A DNA stretch of 64,000 bases from Candidatus Marinacidobacterales bacterium (GTDB lineage Bacteria > Acidobacteriota > Vicinamibacteria > Marinacidobacterales > DATDRI01), in NCBI GenBank assembly GCA_965219415.1, contig OZ244742.1, forward strand, positions 64,001 through 128,000, written 5' to 3'. Positions 32,194-42,187 of the stretch are shown piece after piece. The notes beneath the pieces were generated by a model, which worked only from the letters and a program-made list of their open reading frames with translations, made no database searches and had not been told where the DNA came from. How positions within the stretch are numbered: the first letter of the stretch is position 1; each line of letters starts with the position of its first letter. Made by a program: the position numbers and the translations under genes.

Positions 32194-34569
32194 GTGACGC
32201 TCGTTGGGCGAACTCTCTCGCATTACAAAATCCTAGCGGAAAAGGGCCGTGGCGGAATGGGGGAAGTGTACCAAGCGAGAGACGAGACGCTAGGCCGTGA
32301 TGTCGCCATCAAAGTCTTGCGGTAGAAGTGGGCTTCCGACCCGGACCGGCTGAGACGCTTCGAGCAGGAAGCGCGCTCCGCATCCGCCCTCAACCATCCG
32401 AACATCATTACTATTTACGAAATCGGAGAGTACGAAGGTACGCCCTTCATTGCGATGGAGCATGTGGAGGGTGAAACCTTGAGGGACATTCTGGCCGAGG
32501 CTCCCCTGCCCGCCAAGAAGCTGCTACAGATCGCCACCCAGATTGCTGAAGGTTTGGCCAAGGCGCACGCCGCGGGGATCGTGCACCGAGATCTCAAGCC
32601 AGAGAACCTGATGGTTACCGACGATGGGCTTGTGAAAATTCTGGACTTTGGTCTCGCCAAGCTGACCGGTCCGCCGGTGGAAATCCAATCCGAGACCGAG
32701 ACGAAGGCCAAGATGGGAACGCAGATAGGCACGATTCTAGGAACCGTGCAGTACATGTCCCCGGAACAAGCGAGCGGCCGTTCCGTGGATCATCGCTCCG
32801 ATCAGTTTTCGTTGGGATTGATTCTGTATGAGATGGCGACGGGTGAGGTGGCATTTAAGCGAGACACCGCCGCCGGAACACTGGCCGCTATCATCGAGGG
32901 CAAAGCCGAACCGATGACGCCACTTGATCCGAGCCTCCCGGGGAGTTTCCGGCGCACGGTCGAGCGGTGCTTGGTGAAAGAGCCCGAAGGTCGTTACGCC
33001 TCGACGGGTGATTTAGCCAAGGAGCTGGAGGAAGCACGGGATGGTCTCGGCGGCCTGCTGACCGGAGTGTGGCTGCGACGGACTGCGATGATTGCGATGG
33101 TGGGCTTTGTTGCAGCACTTCCCGCCGTGGTGGGTTTGAATCTGGGCGAGATTCGAGACCGACTTCTAGGCGGACCTGGCGGAATTCAGTCGATCGCGGT
33201 TCTCCCTTTAAGGAACGTCTCGGGGGATCCGGAGCAGGAGTACTTTTCCGACGGGATGACTGAGGCACTCATCACCGACCTGGGCAAGATCGGAGCCCTA
33301 AAAGTGATTTCGCGGACTTCCGTGATGCGGTTCAAGGGAGCGGATACGCCCCTGGCGGAAATCGCCCAGCAGCTGAACGTGGAGGCGATCTTGGAAGGAT
33401 CGGCCCAGTTGGTTGGGGACCAGGCTGGGATCACGGTGAGGCTGATCGATGCGGCCAGCGGAGAGCAAGGTCTGAGGGTTGACCGCCCGTTCGGTCGAAA
33501 GGCGGGCCTCTTCTTCGGGCGTCAGGGCTATTTCTATTCTGCGAGCGATCGATCGCGCTACATCGTTTTGAGCTACGAGCAGATTGCTGAGATTGCGCTG
33601 GTAGGCTTGCGACCAGAGTTCCAGATGCCGGAACGCCTCATCCTTTTCCTCGAGGGCCGTGTAAACATGAGCTAGAGAGAAAGCATCCCCTGCGGTCGCG
33701 TCCTTCTGCATTTCCGCCAGTATCCTCCGCGCCTCGTTCCCCATACCGGCCTGCGCGTAGGCAACCCCTAGTCCGGTTCGCAGGGGAGAAAAGATCCCGG
33801 TCGCTTTTTTGTGCGCCGTGATAGCCTCTTCATACATTCCCTTTCCTGCAAGGGCCAGCCCCAGAGTGTAGTGTCCTACGGGAAAATTCGGATTCATCTC
33901 TAGCGCCTTGCGGGCTTCCGCGAGGGCCTTATCGTATCGCCCCAGCGCCACATAATATCCTCCCAACCACGCGGTGAAGAGGGGCGATAGCGGATCGATC
34001 TCTTGGGCACGTTTCATTTCGGCGAGGGCGTCATCCCGGCGTCCCATCAGGTCGAGATACCAGGCATAGTGGTAGTGAGCCTCGGCCAAGCTTGGGTTGA
34101 GCACCAGAGCACGCCGCAAGTCCCGTTCCGCGCCTGGCCAGTCCCAATCGTAATAGAGCTTGACGTCACCCTAGAGCGAGGTGGGCTTCGGCCAGTGTGT
34201 CGTCGAGCTCCAACGCTCGGAGGGCAGCCACTTTGGCACGAGGGAACGCCTCTTGGGGGATTGTCCCGGGGCCATGACCGAGAATGGCGTAACCGAGTGC
34301 CAACCCGGCGTAGGCGAACGGGTCTGCCGGGTCGTTTTCGACTGCCTCATGGAGATGACGGAGACCTTTTCGCATTCCTTCCGGTGTAGATTCGTGCAAG
34401 TAAAACATTCCTCTGAGATAAGCCTCGTAAGGATGCGTTCGAGTTCCGCTACAGTATGCTTCCCTGGGTCGGGACCGATCCTTGGTTCCGCCCGTTGCGC
34501 GACGACCCCCGTTTGGAAGATCTGCTCCGCCGGATGAACGTTCCGCTGACTCGCCTCCAAGGAAAGTAG
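32194..34569 (+). pseudogene. Ser/Thr kinase-TM-TolB-like-TPR gene with a nonsense codon, a frameshift and two internal inversions
   Basis: [15 protein letters not shown] at 32323, HRDLKPEN, DFG, IAVLPLRN...EYFSDGMTEALI; segments 33469-33620 and 33621-34429 are on the minus strand; plus-strand end LRDDPRLEDLLRRMN. Confidence 0.85.
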
Positions 34570-34830
34570 ACAGTCGTCTTCTCCCGTCCTGGAGTGCGCG
34601 GCTCTGCAAGAATAGAGATCGCTGAGAAAAATAGTTCATTTTTTTCTTGACAGTCTTTTCGAAGCGATATGAAAAATATGGCAGGTACGATCTGGAGTGG
34701 ACCTGTACGTGCGACCAACGAACGACAGGCACGCTCGTTTGCTTGGATAGACTTCGAAAGTGTCTCGATGCGTTTGCGTTCAACACGCGCGAACACAGAG
34801 CGTCGAAAAAATCCATGCTATAAAAAGCGT

Positions 34831-35467
34831 ATGAACAAAAAAGACGAATTGAAATCGCTTTCCCGACTATCGGATGACCAGCTTCTTGCTCGACTGTCCA
34901 GCGTTTTGAAACAGTCGCGGCGTCTCGAGTCGGTTCTCGTTGCGCATATCGCCGAAGTCGATGCACGAAGACTGTATGCCCGTGAAGCTTCGTCATCGAT
35001 GTTTCAGTATTGTGTCGACGTGTTGCACCTGTCCGAGGCAGAAGCTTTCCTACGGATAGCCGTCGCGCGTGCGTCGCGCCGACACGTCGCCGGGGGTGCG
35101 CGGAATTCCCGCTCCGGTGAAGCGCTTCGTGTGGGCGCGGGATCAGGCTCAATGCACGTTTGAGAGCAGCGAGGGTAGACGATGTCCCGAGCGTCTAGGG
35201 CTGCAGTTTCATCACCACGATCCCTACGGCCTCGGCGGCGATCGAAGCGCCAAAAATGTCAGACTTCTATGTCGTCCGCACAATCTCTACATGGCGGAGA
35301 TGGACTACGGCAAAGGCAAGATGGAGCGGTACCGACGTTCCGCCGACTGGGTCCGTGAACCGAAGCCGTCGTTTCCACCCTTTCCGGACAGAGTTCAAGA
35401 ATCACCGCCCCTTCGTGACTTCAGACCGTCTCCTATGACTTCGAGAGCCTTTGCGGTGAGCTCGTAG
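34831..35467 (+). pseudogene. DUF222-like/HNH endonuclease family gene with a large internal deletion and frameshift
   Basis: N-terminus (VAHIAEVDARRLY...SSMFQYC..LHLSE) joins out of frame near 35085 to the HNH domain (IPAPVKRFVWARD..QC...RC...QFHH..P...GG...NVRLLC..HN). Confidence 0.85.
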
Positions 35468-35834
35468 TCCGCGAGGTCGGCGGGCGAGACCAATCGCACG
35501 TCGGTGACGTCGGAGCCGGCGCAGAGCGTACCCTCTATCCGCTCACAGAAAAAGTCGGCAAGAACGTAGTGGTAGCGGATCCGAGCGTCCTCGTCTTTCT
35601 CGATGAAGTCGAAAAGGGCCAACTGCTTCCCGACGCGAACGGTCCACCCGGTCCCTTCCGAACCTCTCGCCTCAACGCGTCCTCGAGCGTTTCACCGAGC
35701 TCGACCATGCCTCCGGGTAGCGTCCATCGCCCCTCGAGCGGCGGTTGTCCGCGGCGAATGAGGAGTACTTTTCCGTCTTCGATAACGACTGCCCCCACTC
35801 CGAAGCCGGGTTGCGTCGGGTAGGAGCGGGTCAT
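35395..35834 (-). pseudogene. NUDIX hydrolase, frameshifted within the Nudix box
   Basis: GVGAVV, WTLPGGMVELGETLEDALRREV then a frameshift near 35658; C-terminus YHYVLADF...GSDV. Confidence 0.8.
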
Positions 35835-35846
35835 GACTTAGCCGGT

Positions 35847-36857
35847 TTAGCCAGTTTCGAGGCCGCGAGCTTGCAGCAGTTTTTGCGCGAGCGCCAGAGA
35901 GTTGGCGGCAGAATCGACCGCCAGGGAGTCCGCGACGATCCAGAACCGAAAGGCCCCTGCTCGGGCACCGTCCGGGCGAAGGCGGGCGACGTGCACCTTG
36001 TCCGATCCCGAGACGCCTACAGGGGTGGTGTTACTGGCGGAGTGCACCAGAGCTTCGCCCACCTCGATCCCTTCCCGCTCTCCCATTCCGGCGACGATCC
36101 CTTCGGGCGTCGCGTCGTCTGATAATTCCACCCAAAGAGAAAGGGCGTAGCTGTGAAAGACGGGCGCACGCACGAGGGACACCGAAACTATGTCCCCTTC
36201 CAGTCCGGAGAGCTCCGCGGCTTCCTTCGCCACCGTGGCCTCCGGTGACTCCCCACCAGGCTGTTCGGACGGCGGGAGGAGATTGAACGCCAACTGTTCT
36301 CCCAAAACCTCTGTGGAAGGCGTTCCGAAATTAAGGATCTGCACCACCTGCTGATGGAGCTCTTGGACTCCCCGATCACCAAGCTCGGAGGCTGGCAATA
36401 GGGCGGTAGCGAATGCCCGCTGTATCTCGAACGTGCCGGCGATGCCATCCAATACTTTGCCGATAAGAATGGACGCCGTGCTTGGAACTCCCACCAACCG
36501 CGCATCGGGAGGAAGAAACTTCTCGTTCAGCCCGTGCGCCGTGAGCGGTGCGGTGAGGCCTTTATCGGCGACGAATGTAAGGACGCCCTCTCCGGCCGCC
36601 GAGGCGACAAGCGCCAGGGCGTCTTTTCCGGTTCCCTCCCCCACGAAAATGACGTCGAGGGAAGACAACAGATCGGCGTCAAGGGTCTGTGTTACCAATA
36701 CGTCATCTTGGAACTGTGTGAGCGTCGAACTTGATTCGAGTGTGGGTTCGAAGAGTTTGATCTCGATGGCCGGGAAGTCGCCGTCTTCGACTAGCCGGCG
36801 AACCTGCTGCCCGAAAGGGCTGAGCGGACCTACCACCGCGACGCGGTAGCCCTTCAT
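35847..36857 (-). CDS. aspartate-semialdehyde dehydrogenase-like (Usg-like) protein
   Basis: YRVAVVG, QLAFNLLP, VRAPVFHSY, FWIVADSL; the canonical NPNC is replaced by VPST. Confidence 0.8.
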   Translation of the reverse strand: MKGYRVAVVGPLSPFGQQVRRLVEDGDFPAIEIKLFEPTLESSSTLTQFQDDVLVTQTLDADLLSSLDVIFVGEGTGKDALALVASAAGEGVLTFVADKGLTAPLTAHGLNEKFLPPDARLVGVPSTASILIGKVLDGIAGTFEIQRAFATALLPASELGDRGVQELHQQVVQILNFGTPSTEVLGEQLAFNLLPPSEQPGGESPEATVAKEAAELSGLEGDIVSVSLVRAPVFHSYALSLWVELSDDATPEGIVAGMGEREGIEVGEALVHSASNTTPVGVSGSDKVHVARLRPDGARAGAFRFWIVADSLAVDSAANSLALAQKLLQARGLETG

Positions 36858-37630
36858 GCATCCGGGCCCTTGGGCCCCGAGGGAAGCGGTTCCTCGTGTG
36901 CCGGAGTCAAATTCGTGCGACGTAGGAAGGAGTAAACCTTTAGAGCGATCCCGCTCACCAAGTACGTGACCGACATGCTGAGCAGCATGACTTGAGGATG
37001 AGTCCCGATGGCCACGAAGAGAAGCGCTAGCAGAAGGATAACCAAATAAGGATGGCGCCCTTTGAGGTCGATGTCCTTGAAACTGTAGTACCGCAAGGTA
37101 CTCACCATGAGGAGTGCCAACCCCGCCACCAGGACGGTAATGGGGATCGCTTGTGCCAATGTCTCGAGGGGTCTTGGAAACATAAATACTATCGACGCCA
37201 TCACACCGGCGGCTGCCGGGATCGGCATGCCCGCGAAGAAGCGCTTGTCGTCCACTGTTCTCTGAATATTGAACCGTGCCAACCGCATCGCCCCACAGAT
37301 GAGGAACAAGAAACAAGCGAGCCATCCCACCCGTGGCCAAAGATTGAGAGCCCAAACATAAGCCAGAACCCCCGGAGCCACTCCAAAGGAAACGACATCG
37401 GCGAGGGAGTCGAACTCTTTTCCGAACTCGCTTGTGGCATTGGCGAGACGCGCCACGCGACCATCTAAAGTGTCCAACACGATCGCCCAACCGATCAGCA
37501 TCGCCGCGAGCTCGAGGTCTCCCTTCATGCTGCTCACGATCGAGAAGAACCCACAAAAGACATTGCCTACCGTGAGTAGGCTCGGTAGGAAGTAGATCCC
37601 TCGACGTGGTTTCGACTTAGAAGCGCTCAT
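36854..37630 (-). CDS. pssA: CDP-diacylglycerol--serine O-phosphatidyltransferase
   Basis: LDTLDGRVAR...FGKEFDSLAD.VSFGVAP, RLARFN, F.GMPIPAAA. Confidence 0.93.
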   Translation of the reverse strand: MSASKSKPRRGIYFLPSLLTVGNVFCGFFSIVSSMKGDLELAAMLIGWAIVLDTLDGRVARLANATSEFGKEFDSLADVVSFGVAPGVLAYVWALNLWPRVGWLACFLFLICGAMRLARFNIQRTVDDKRFFAGMPIPAAAGVMASIVFMFPRPLETLAQAIPITVLVAGLALLMVSTLRYYSFKDIDLKGRHPYLVILLLALLFVAIGTHPQVMLLSMSVTYLVSGIALKVYSFLRRTNLTPAHEEPLPSGPKGPDA

Positions 37631-38250
37631 GGTCTCTCCGCCATTATGGTTTCGCCTCCCTTGACGTGCTGCCCTTCCTCGAACCGGACTTTGGTTCCCG
37701 CCGGCATGAGCACGTCGACGCGCGAGCCGAATTGGATCAAGCCGAATCGTTCGCCTCTCTCTAGATGGTCGCCTTTCTTCTTCGAAAACACAATTCTGCG
37801 AGCCACCAGTCCTGCGATCTGCCGGACCACGATCTTGTAAGACCCCTCGACGGTGAGCTCCATCTCGTTTTGTTCGTTCTGGGATGACGCCTGCTCCCGG
37901 TAGGCGGGCAAGAACTGACCCCGCGTATAGCGCACGTTGGTGATGACGCCGGAAAGCGGCGATCGATTGATATGGACGTTGAAGATGGACAAAAAAATAC
38001 TGACCTGCACGCGGTTCCCACTGCTTTCTTTTTCCGGCCCGACGTAAACGATTTTCCCGTCGGCGGGAGAGACCCACAAGCGAGGATCCTCGGGTGGGAT
38101 CCGGTGTGGATCACGGAAAAAGTACGTCACGAAGAGTGCTAGGACGAAAAACGGAATGGAAAGCGGGCGCGTGGGCGGGTAGAGCACCAACGCGAGGGCA
38201 ACTGCGAAAAGAATACCGATGTATGGAAGCCCTTCTTGTGCGATCCTCAT
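37627..38250 (-). CDS. psd: phosphatidylserine decarboxylase
   Basis: FFRDP, SPADG, FNVHINRSP, QIAGLVARRI, FGSRVD. Confidence 0.93.
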   Translation of the reverse strand: MRIAQEGLPYIGILFAVALALVLYPPTRPLSIPFFVLALFVTYFFRDPHRIPPEDPRLWVSPADGKIVYVGPEKESSGNRVQVSIFLSIFNVHINRSPLSGVITNVRYTRGQFLPAYREQASSQNEQNEMELTVEGSYKIVVRQIAGLVARRIVFSKKKGDHLERGERFGLIQFGSRVDVLMPAGTKVRFEEGQHVKGGETIMAERP

Positions 38251-38350
38251 TTTACCGGGGGTGGCTCGTGCAGTCCTCAGCGTGGCAAGAGAGGATCCGA
38301 CGATCCCCTCTTGTTGGGTACGACTCTAGTTAGACTCCACGGCCGGTTGG

Positions 38351-38623
38351 CTAGGCGGGCGCGGGTGGTGCGTGCCCTGTGTCTCCATGACCAGCTGTCT
38401 CATGGCTTTGGCGTTCACGAATCAAGGAAGCCATCTTATCTTTTAGAGCGAGCTTTTTCTTCTTGAGCGTGACTTCTTCGAGTTTCTCCTCGTTGCTCAA
38501 GAAAATCTTGCCAGACAGAAATGCAATCCGTTCTTCTAGTTCCTGATGCTTCTTGGTCAGTCGCTGAAACTCCTCGTTTTCCTGTAGCAGGACTTCCTTT
38601 ACTGCATCGGAGCTCTCCGGCAT
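38351..38623 (-). CDS. DUF465/YdcH-family coiled-coil protein
   Basis: EFQRL..KHQELEERI...LKKKKLALKD pattern; AGGAGG RBS. Confidence 0.8.
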   Translation of the reverse strand: MPESSDAVKEVLLQENEEFQRLTKKHQELEERIAFLSGKIFLSNEEKLEEVTLKKKKLALKDKMASLIRERQSHETAGHGDTGHAPPAPA

Positions 38624-38795
38624 GAAACACCCCTCCTGTCATAGGTTAAATCGGCTAAGTTGTGGCTGGGAAGAAAGTTACGATAGCGCAAGGGCCTATG
38701 AGTAAAAATATCATAAAGCCTTCTCTGGGTGCAACCCGTTCGCGCCGCCGAGAACTCATACCTCGACATGTCTCGTCAGACCGCGTCGGGCAGGC

Positions 38796-40715
38796 TCATC
38801 GGGGCTCACCGGGTCGCACCAGGGACAGGCTCGCGACCCAGGCGCCGGCGCCCACCTCCGGCACGAGGATCAGCTCGTTGATGCCTGTGACGATCGCCTC
38901 CGCAGGCACAGAAACTTCGGCGCTCCCTCCATCGGTTCCCAGGTCCACGCTTCCCAGCGCGTGCGCCCCGAACGAGAGGGAGAGTGGTCCTTCGGAACGC
39001 CCCTCGAGCTTCAATCGATAGGGAGCCGGTTCTCGTAGGGCCAGATAGATCGAGGCCCCATGCGGCGCCACCGCACGCACGGTTCGCCCTCTTCTTCGTT
39101 GTGGCAGTGACCAGCCCCGCCCCAAATGCAACGCATCAGTGTCCCCCATCCGAATCTCGACGTTATTGGATAGGTATTTCGCGCCGGCGAGATCGTAAAC
39201 GGCTATCGGACCACCGCTTCGGTACCGTTCGAGCAGCGCAGCCGGCCAAGAAAACGGGTATCCGATCATCCGGTAAATGAGCTCGGTAGCGTCACCGGCC
39301 GCGGACCGGAACGAAACCGGACCATCCATTGGAATCGCGCCACGCGAATAAGCTCCCATCAGTGCCAGGTTCCAGATCAAGAACGGGGCAAGGGCTACAG
39401 AAACCGCAAGGAGCGCATGTTTCCGTATTCGCGGTACGAGCCATTCGAGCGACATCGCCAGCCCTAATCCGAAGCCCGCCAACGCGCCATCGAACCGCCG
39501 AGCACCGAAGGAGGCTCCGGCCCACCAATCGTGAACCGCCGCGTTCACGTAAAGCGTCAGCGCGAAGGCGGCGAGCAAGCCTCCCGCCAAGACGGGCGCC
39601 CTCCGCGTCAGACCAACCAACCCTAGCAATCCCAACCACAGCAACGGGGACCAGGAGAGTAATCCGTGGCGCGACGAGAAGAGGACAGCTTCGAGCTCGG
39701 GCGACGCCCAACTCATGTAGCCACCGCCCTGCGGGACGAGAAGAAAATGACCGTAGATCAATTTCCAGAAGATCATTTGCGGCAAGAACGCCGCGACCGC
39801 CGTTCCCACGCCAACCGCAACCTCCTGCCACTTGGGCCACCCACTCTTTCTCCAAACTTCCGTCTTTTTCCAAGCAAAGACGAGCCCGACCGGTACGAAG
39901 ACGATGTTTTGCCAGCGCACCAAAACGACTAGTCCCGCCGCCAGGCCCAGGAAGGCGTAGTCCCAACGGTTTTCGGGTATGCGATGACACAGCAACAAAA
40001 ACCCCGTGACCGAAGCCATTCCGAACGCATGAGACATCGAAGGCTCGAATACCATGTACCAAAAATGAAAAGTTCCAATCCAAATAAGTAGCGACGCGGC
40101 GAAGGCAACCGCACTCTCGAAGTGGAGGCGCACCAACCCGTAGAGCCACAGGACTCCGAGAAAACCCCCGAAGGCGGTGACCGTGGAGATGGCGGTGAAA
40201 TACGGATACCCGATTCCGGTCGGCCGGAAAAGGCCAATGTGTCCGAGGCCGTGCACCACTAGATATGTCGGACTCCACAGGAGTGCCGGGCCGACGCTAA
40301 AGTTGTTGGGTAACCGGCCGGTTTCCGTCGGGAGAAAGTACCCTTCCTGGGCGCCGAGAATGCGGTACTCGTTCTCGAAGTCGAGATCTCCGTCCACGAC
40401 AATCGACCGTAGAGTCGCGAAATAGTGAACCCCGTCGCTCGCCACACGTTGCGGTTGGATGTACAAAGAGACTAAGGTGAGTGCGAAGACGGCGCCCAGT
40501 ACTAGGGGAAAGGGATCTTTCTGACCCTCGCGTCGTCGCTCGCGAGCCTCGATCAGCCGTAGGAGCGCTGCCGTGATCCCCAACAGAACGATCGAGGCCA
40601 CCCAATTTGCCTTCAGAACGTCCGGCAGCTGCGGTCGAAAGACGCCGACAAGGATAAGCCCGGCAAGAGCGATGTCCGGCGCGACTCGTACCAGCACTCG
40701 GAGGGGACTCGCCAT
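38796..40715 (-). CDS. multi-TM GT-C superfamily glycosyltransferase
   Basis: SDGVHYF..LRS..DGDLDF, many hydrophobic segments, LFSSRHGL, FGARRF. Confidence 0.7.
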   Translation of the reverse strand: MASPLRVLVRVAPDIALAGLILVGVFRPQLPDVLKANWVASIVLLGITAALLRLIEARERRREGQKDPFPLVLGAVFALTLVSLYIQPQRVASDGVHYFATLRSIVVDGDLDFENEYRILGAQEGYFLPTETGRLPNNFSVGPALLWSPTYLVVHGLGHIGLFRPTGIGYPYFTAISTVTAFGGFLGVLWLYGLVRLHFESAVAFAASLLIWIGTFHFWYMVFEPSMSHAFGMASVTGFLLLCHRIPENRWDYAFLGLAAGLVVLVRWQNIVFVPVGLVFAWKKTEVWRKSGWPKWQEVAVGVGTAVAAFLPQMIFWKLIYGHFLLVPQGGGYMSWASPELEAVLFSSRHGLLSWSPLLWLGLLGLVGLTRRAPVLAGGLLAAFALTLYVNAAVHDWWAGASFGARRFDGALAGFGLGLAMSLEWLVPRIRKHALLAVSVALAPFLIWNLALMGAYSRGAIPMDGPVSFRSAAGDATELIYRMIGYPFSWPAALLERYRSGGPIAVYDLAGAKYLSNNVEIRMGDTDALHLGRGWSLPQRRRGRTVRAVAPHGASIYLALREPAPYRLKLEGRSEGPLSLSFGAHALGSVDLGTDGGSAEVSVPAEAIVTGINELILVPEVGAGAWVASLSLVRPGEPR

Positions 40716-40723
40716 CGACTTGT

Positions 40724-41216
40724 TCAGTCGCTCTGATTGTTTATGAGAGGGGCTTCCTTTCGATACTGGATGGCATGTTGCCGCGGGCGACTGTAATACC
40801 TCTTCCGCTTACCTACCTCGCGGAATCCCATCGAGACGTAGAGTTGGCGCGCGTTGGTGTTCGACTCTCGCACCTCCAAAAACGCGCCGAGGCATCTCGC
40901 CGCTCGTCCAAGCTCGAGAGCTTCTTCGACCAGAAACCTGCCAAGCCCTCTTCCGCGATGTTGCGGATGGACGGCCACGTTCTGGACGTGGAGCTCGTTG
41001 AAGACTACCCACGTGACGCTTGTAGCCGGCGACGAAATCCGAGCCCCCCGGGCTCGAAGAAACCGGACGGGCGACCACCGGGTAACTGAAAGCGTTTTTG
41101 CCGATCTCATCTTGGAACGCCTCCTCGATCACAGTGATTTGGGGAATGTCTTCCACTCTCATCGGCTCGAGCCGGTAGAACGAGCGGGCCTCTTGGCGAG
41201 CGCGTTCGACGCTCAT
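40724..41216 (-). pseudogene. rimI: ribosomal-protein-alanine N-acetyltransferase, frameshifted
   Basis: NVAVHP..RGRGLG, LEVRESN..A..LY...GF...RKRYY; +1 shift near 41020; the usual SF..PW segment is absent; adjacent to tsaB. Confidence 0.8.
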
Positions 41217-41310
41217 GCCCTCACCCGGCGTCTGAGTTCATTGATAGCGGCACGACATGTTTTGACGCCCTCAGTCCCTCCGAGTGAGAGGGAGTAACGG
41301 ATGGAAGCCA

Positions 41311-42012
41311 TCATCGTTTCGGTGCCTTTTCCGCATCCGATGGACGCAGGTAGAGAGCCCGTAGTCCCCCTAGTGGAGCCGCCTCGCCCTGCTCGTGGAG
41401 ACGCTTTCCGATACGTGCCACCTCCTCACCAAGAAACAAGAAGGGCTCGGTAAGCTCAGCGCGCTCACCCAACGACTCGCGGATTCGGTCTCCATAGATT
41501 TCGAGACCGCTTCCACCGAACAAAATTGGCCGGCCATCTCCCTCGAGATCCCCCACGGGGATCCGAGCCAGGAACGTTTCTAACGATTCGCACACCGGCT
41601 TCCCGACCGCGGTGACGGAGTGCCCATCGCCCCGGAACAACGCGCCGAAGATCTCCCCTCGACGTGCGTCTATTACGGACGCGATGAGGCCCGCGTGGGA
41701 CCGGTGTCTGTACGCAGTTGCCTCTAGCGTCGAAACACCGACCACCGGACGGCCGGTCGCGAAGGCGAGCCCCTCGACGCTGGCGAGCCCGATTCGAAGG
41801 CCGGTGAACGAGCCAGGCCCCGCCGCGACCGCGAAGGCCTCGACCGCGTCGAGTGAGGAGTCGATCCGATCGAAGAGGCGGTCCAATTCCGGGAGAAGCT
41901 TCTGCGCGTGGCCTCGACGGGTCATGAAGCCGGCAAACCCGGCGAGCTCGTCGTCATCGAGCAGCGCGATGCTTCCGTTCGGCCCGGTGCTATCGACCGC
42001 CAAGAGCTTCAT
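41311..42012 (-). CDS. tsaB: tRNA threonylcarbamoyladenosine biosynthesis protein TsaB
   Basis: LLAVDS, GPGSFTGLRIG, IDARRGE, LYLR. Confidence 0.95.
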   Translation of the reverse strand: MKLLAVDSTGPNGSIALLDDDELAGFAGFMTRRGHAQKLLPELDRLFDRIDSSLDAVEAFAVAAGPGSFTGLRIGLASVEGLAFATGRPVVGVSTLEATAYRHRSHAGLIASVIDARRGEIFGALFRGDGHSVTAVGKPVCESLETFLARIPVGDLEGDGRPILFGGSGLEIYGDRIRESLGERAELTEPFLFLGEEVARIGKRLHEQGEAAPLGGLRALYLRPSDAEKAPKR

Positions 42013-42187
42013 CCGGAACATCTTATGCAGCCAAATTGGCGGATTCAAACTGGCGTCTGGCGAGCTTGCATTTTGGCACCCTCATATTTTGACGCCCGGA
42101 AGTGGTAGTCAGACCGTCTGGCTCTGCTCAAAGCGGCAACGGCGTCGACTGACGGCCCGGCTCTGCTTTCAGTGTACAATCCGCCCG

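Noticed and set aside
32323-32325. In-frame TAG codons (also 13474) as pyrrolysine or recoded stops
   Set aside because: Both genes carry other lesions, and TAG terminates intact genes here (ssb, guaA, lptB)
33469-34429. Shufflon or site-specific invertible locus
   Set aside because: No recombinase and no repeated recombination sites beyond 2-5 nt; the gene also has a nonsense codon
36858-37556. Apparent 569-aa ORF fusing an extension to the Asd-like protein
   Set aside because: The extension is an alternative frame of pssA; the Asd-like sequence starts at 36857
38286-38313. Hairpin CAAGAGAGGATC/GATCCCCTCTTG as an intrinsic terminator
   Set aside because: No U-tract on either strand; function unsupported
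41612-42187. N-terminal extension of the mutS ORF
   Set aside because: Overlaps tsaB on the opposite strand; MutS similarity begins at the ATG at 42188
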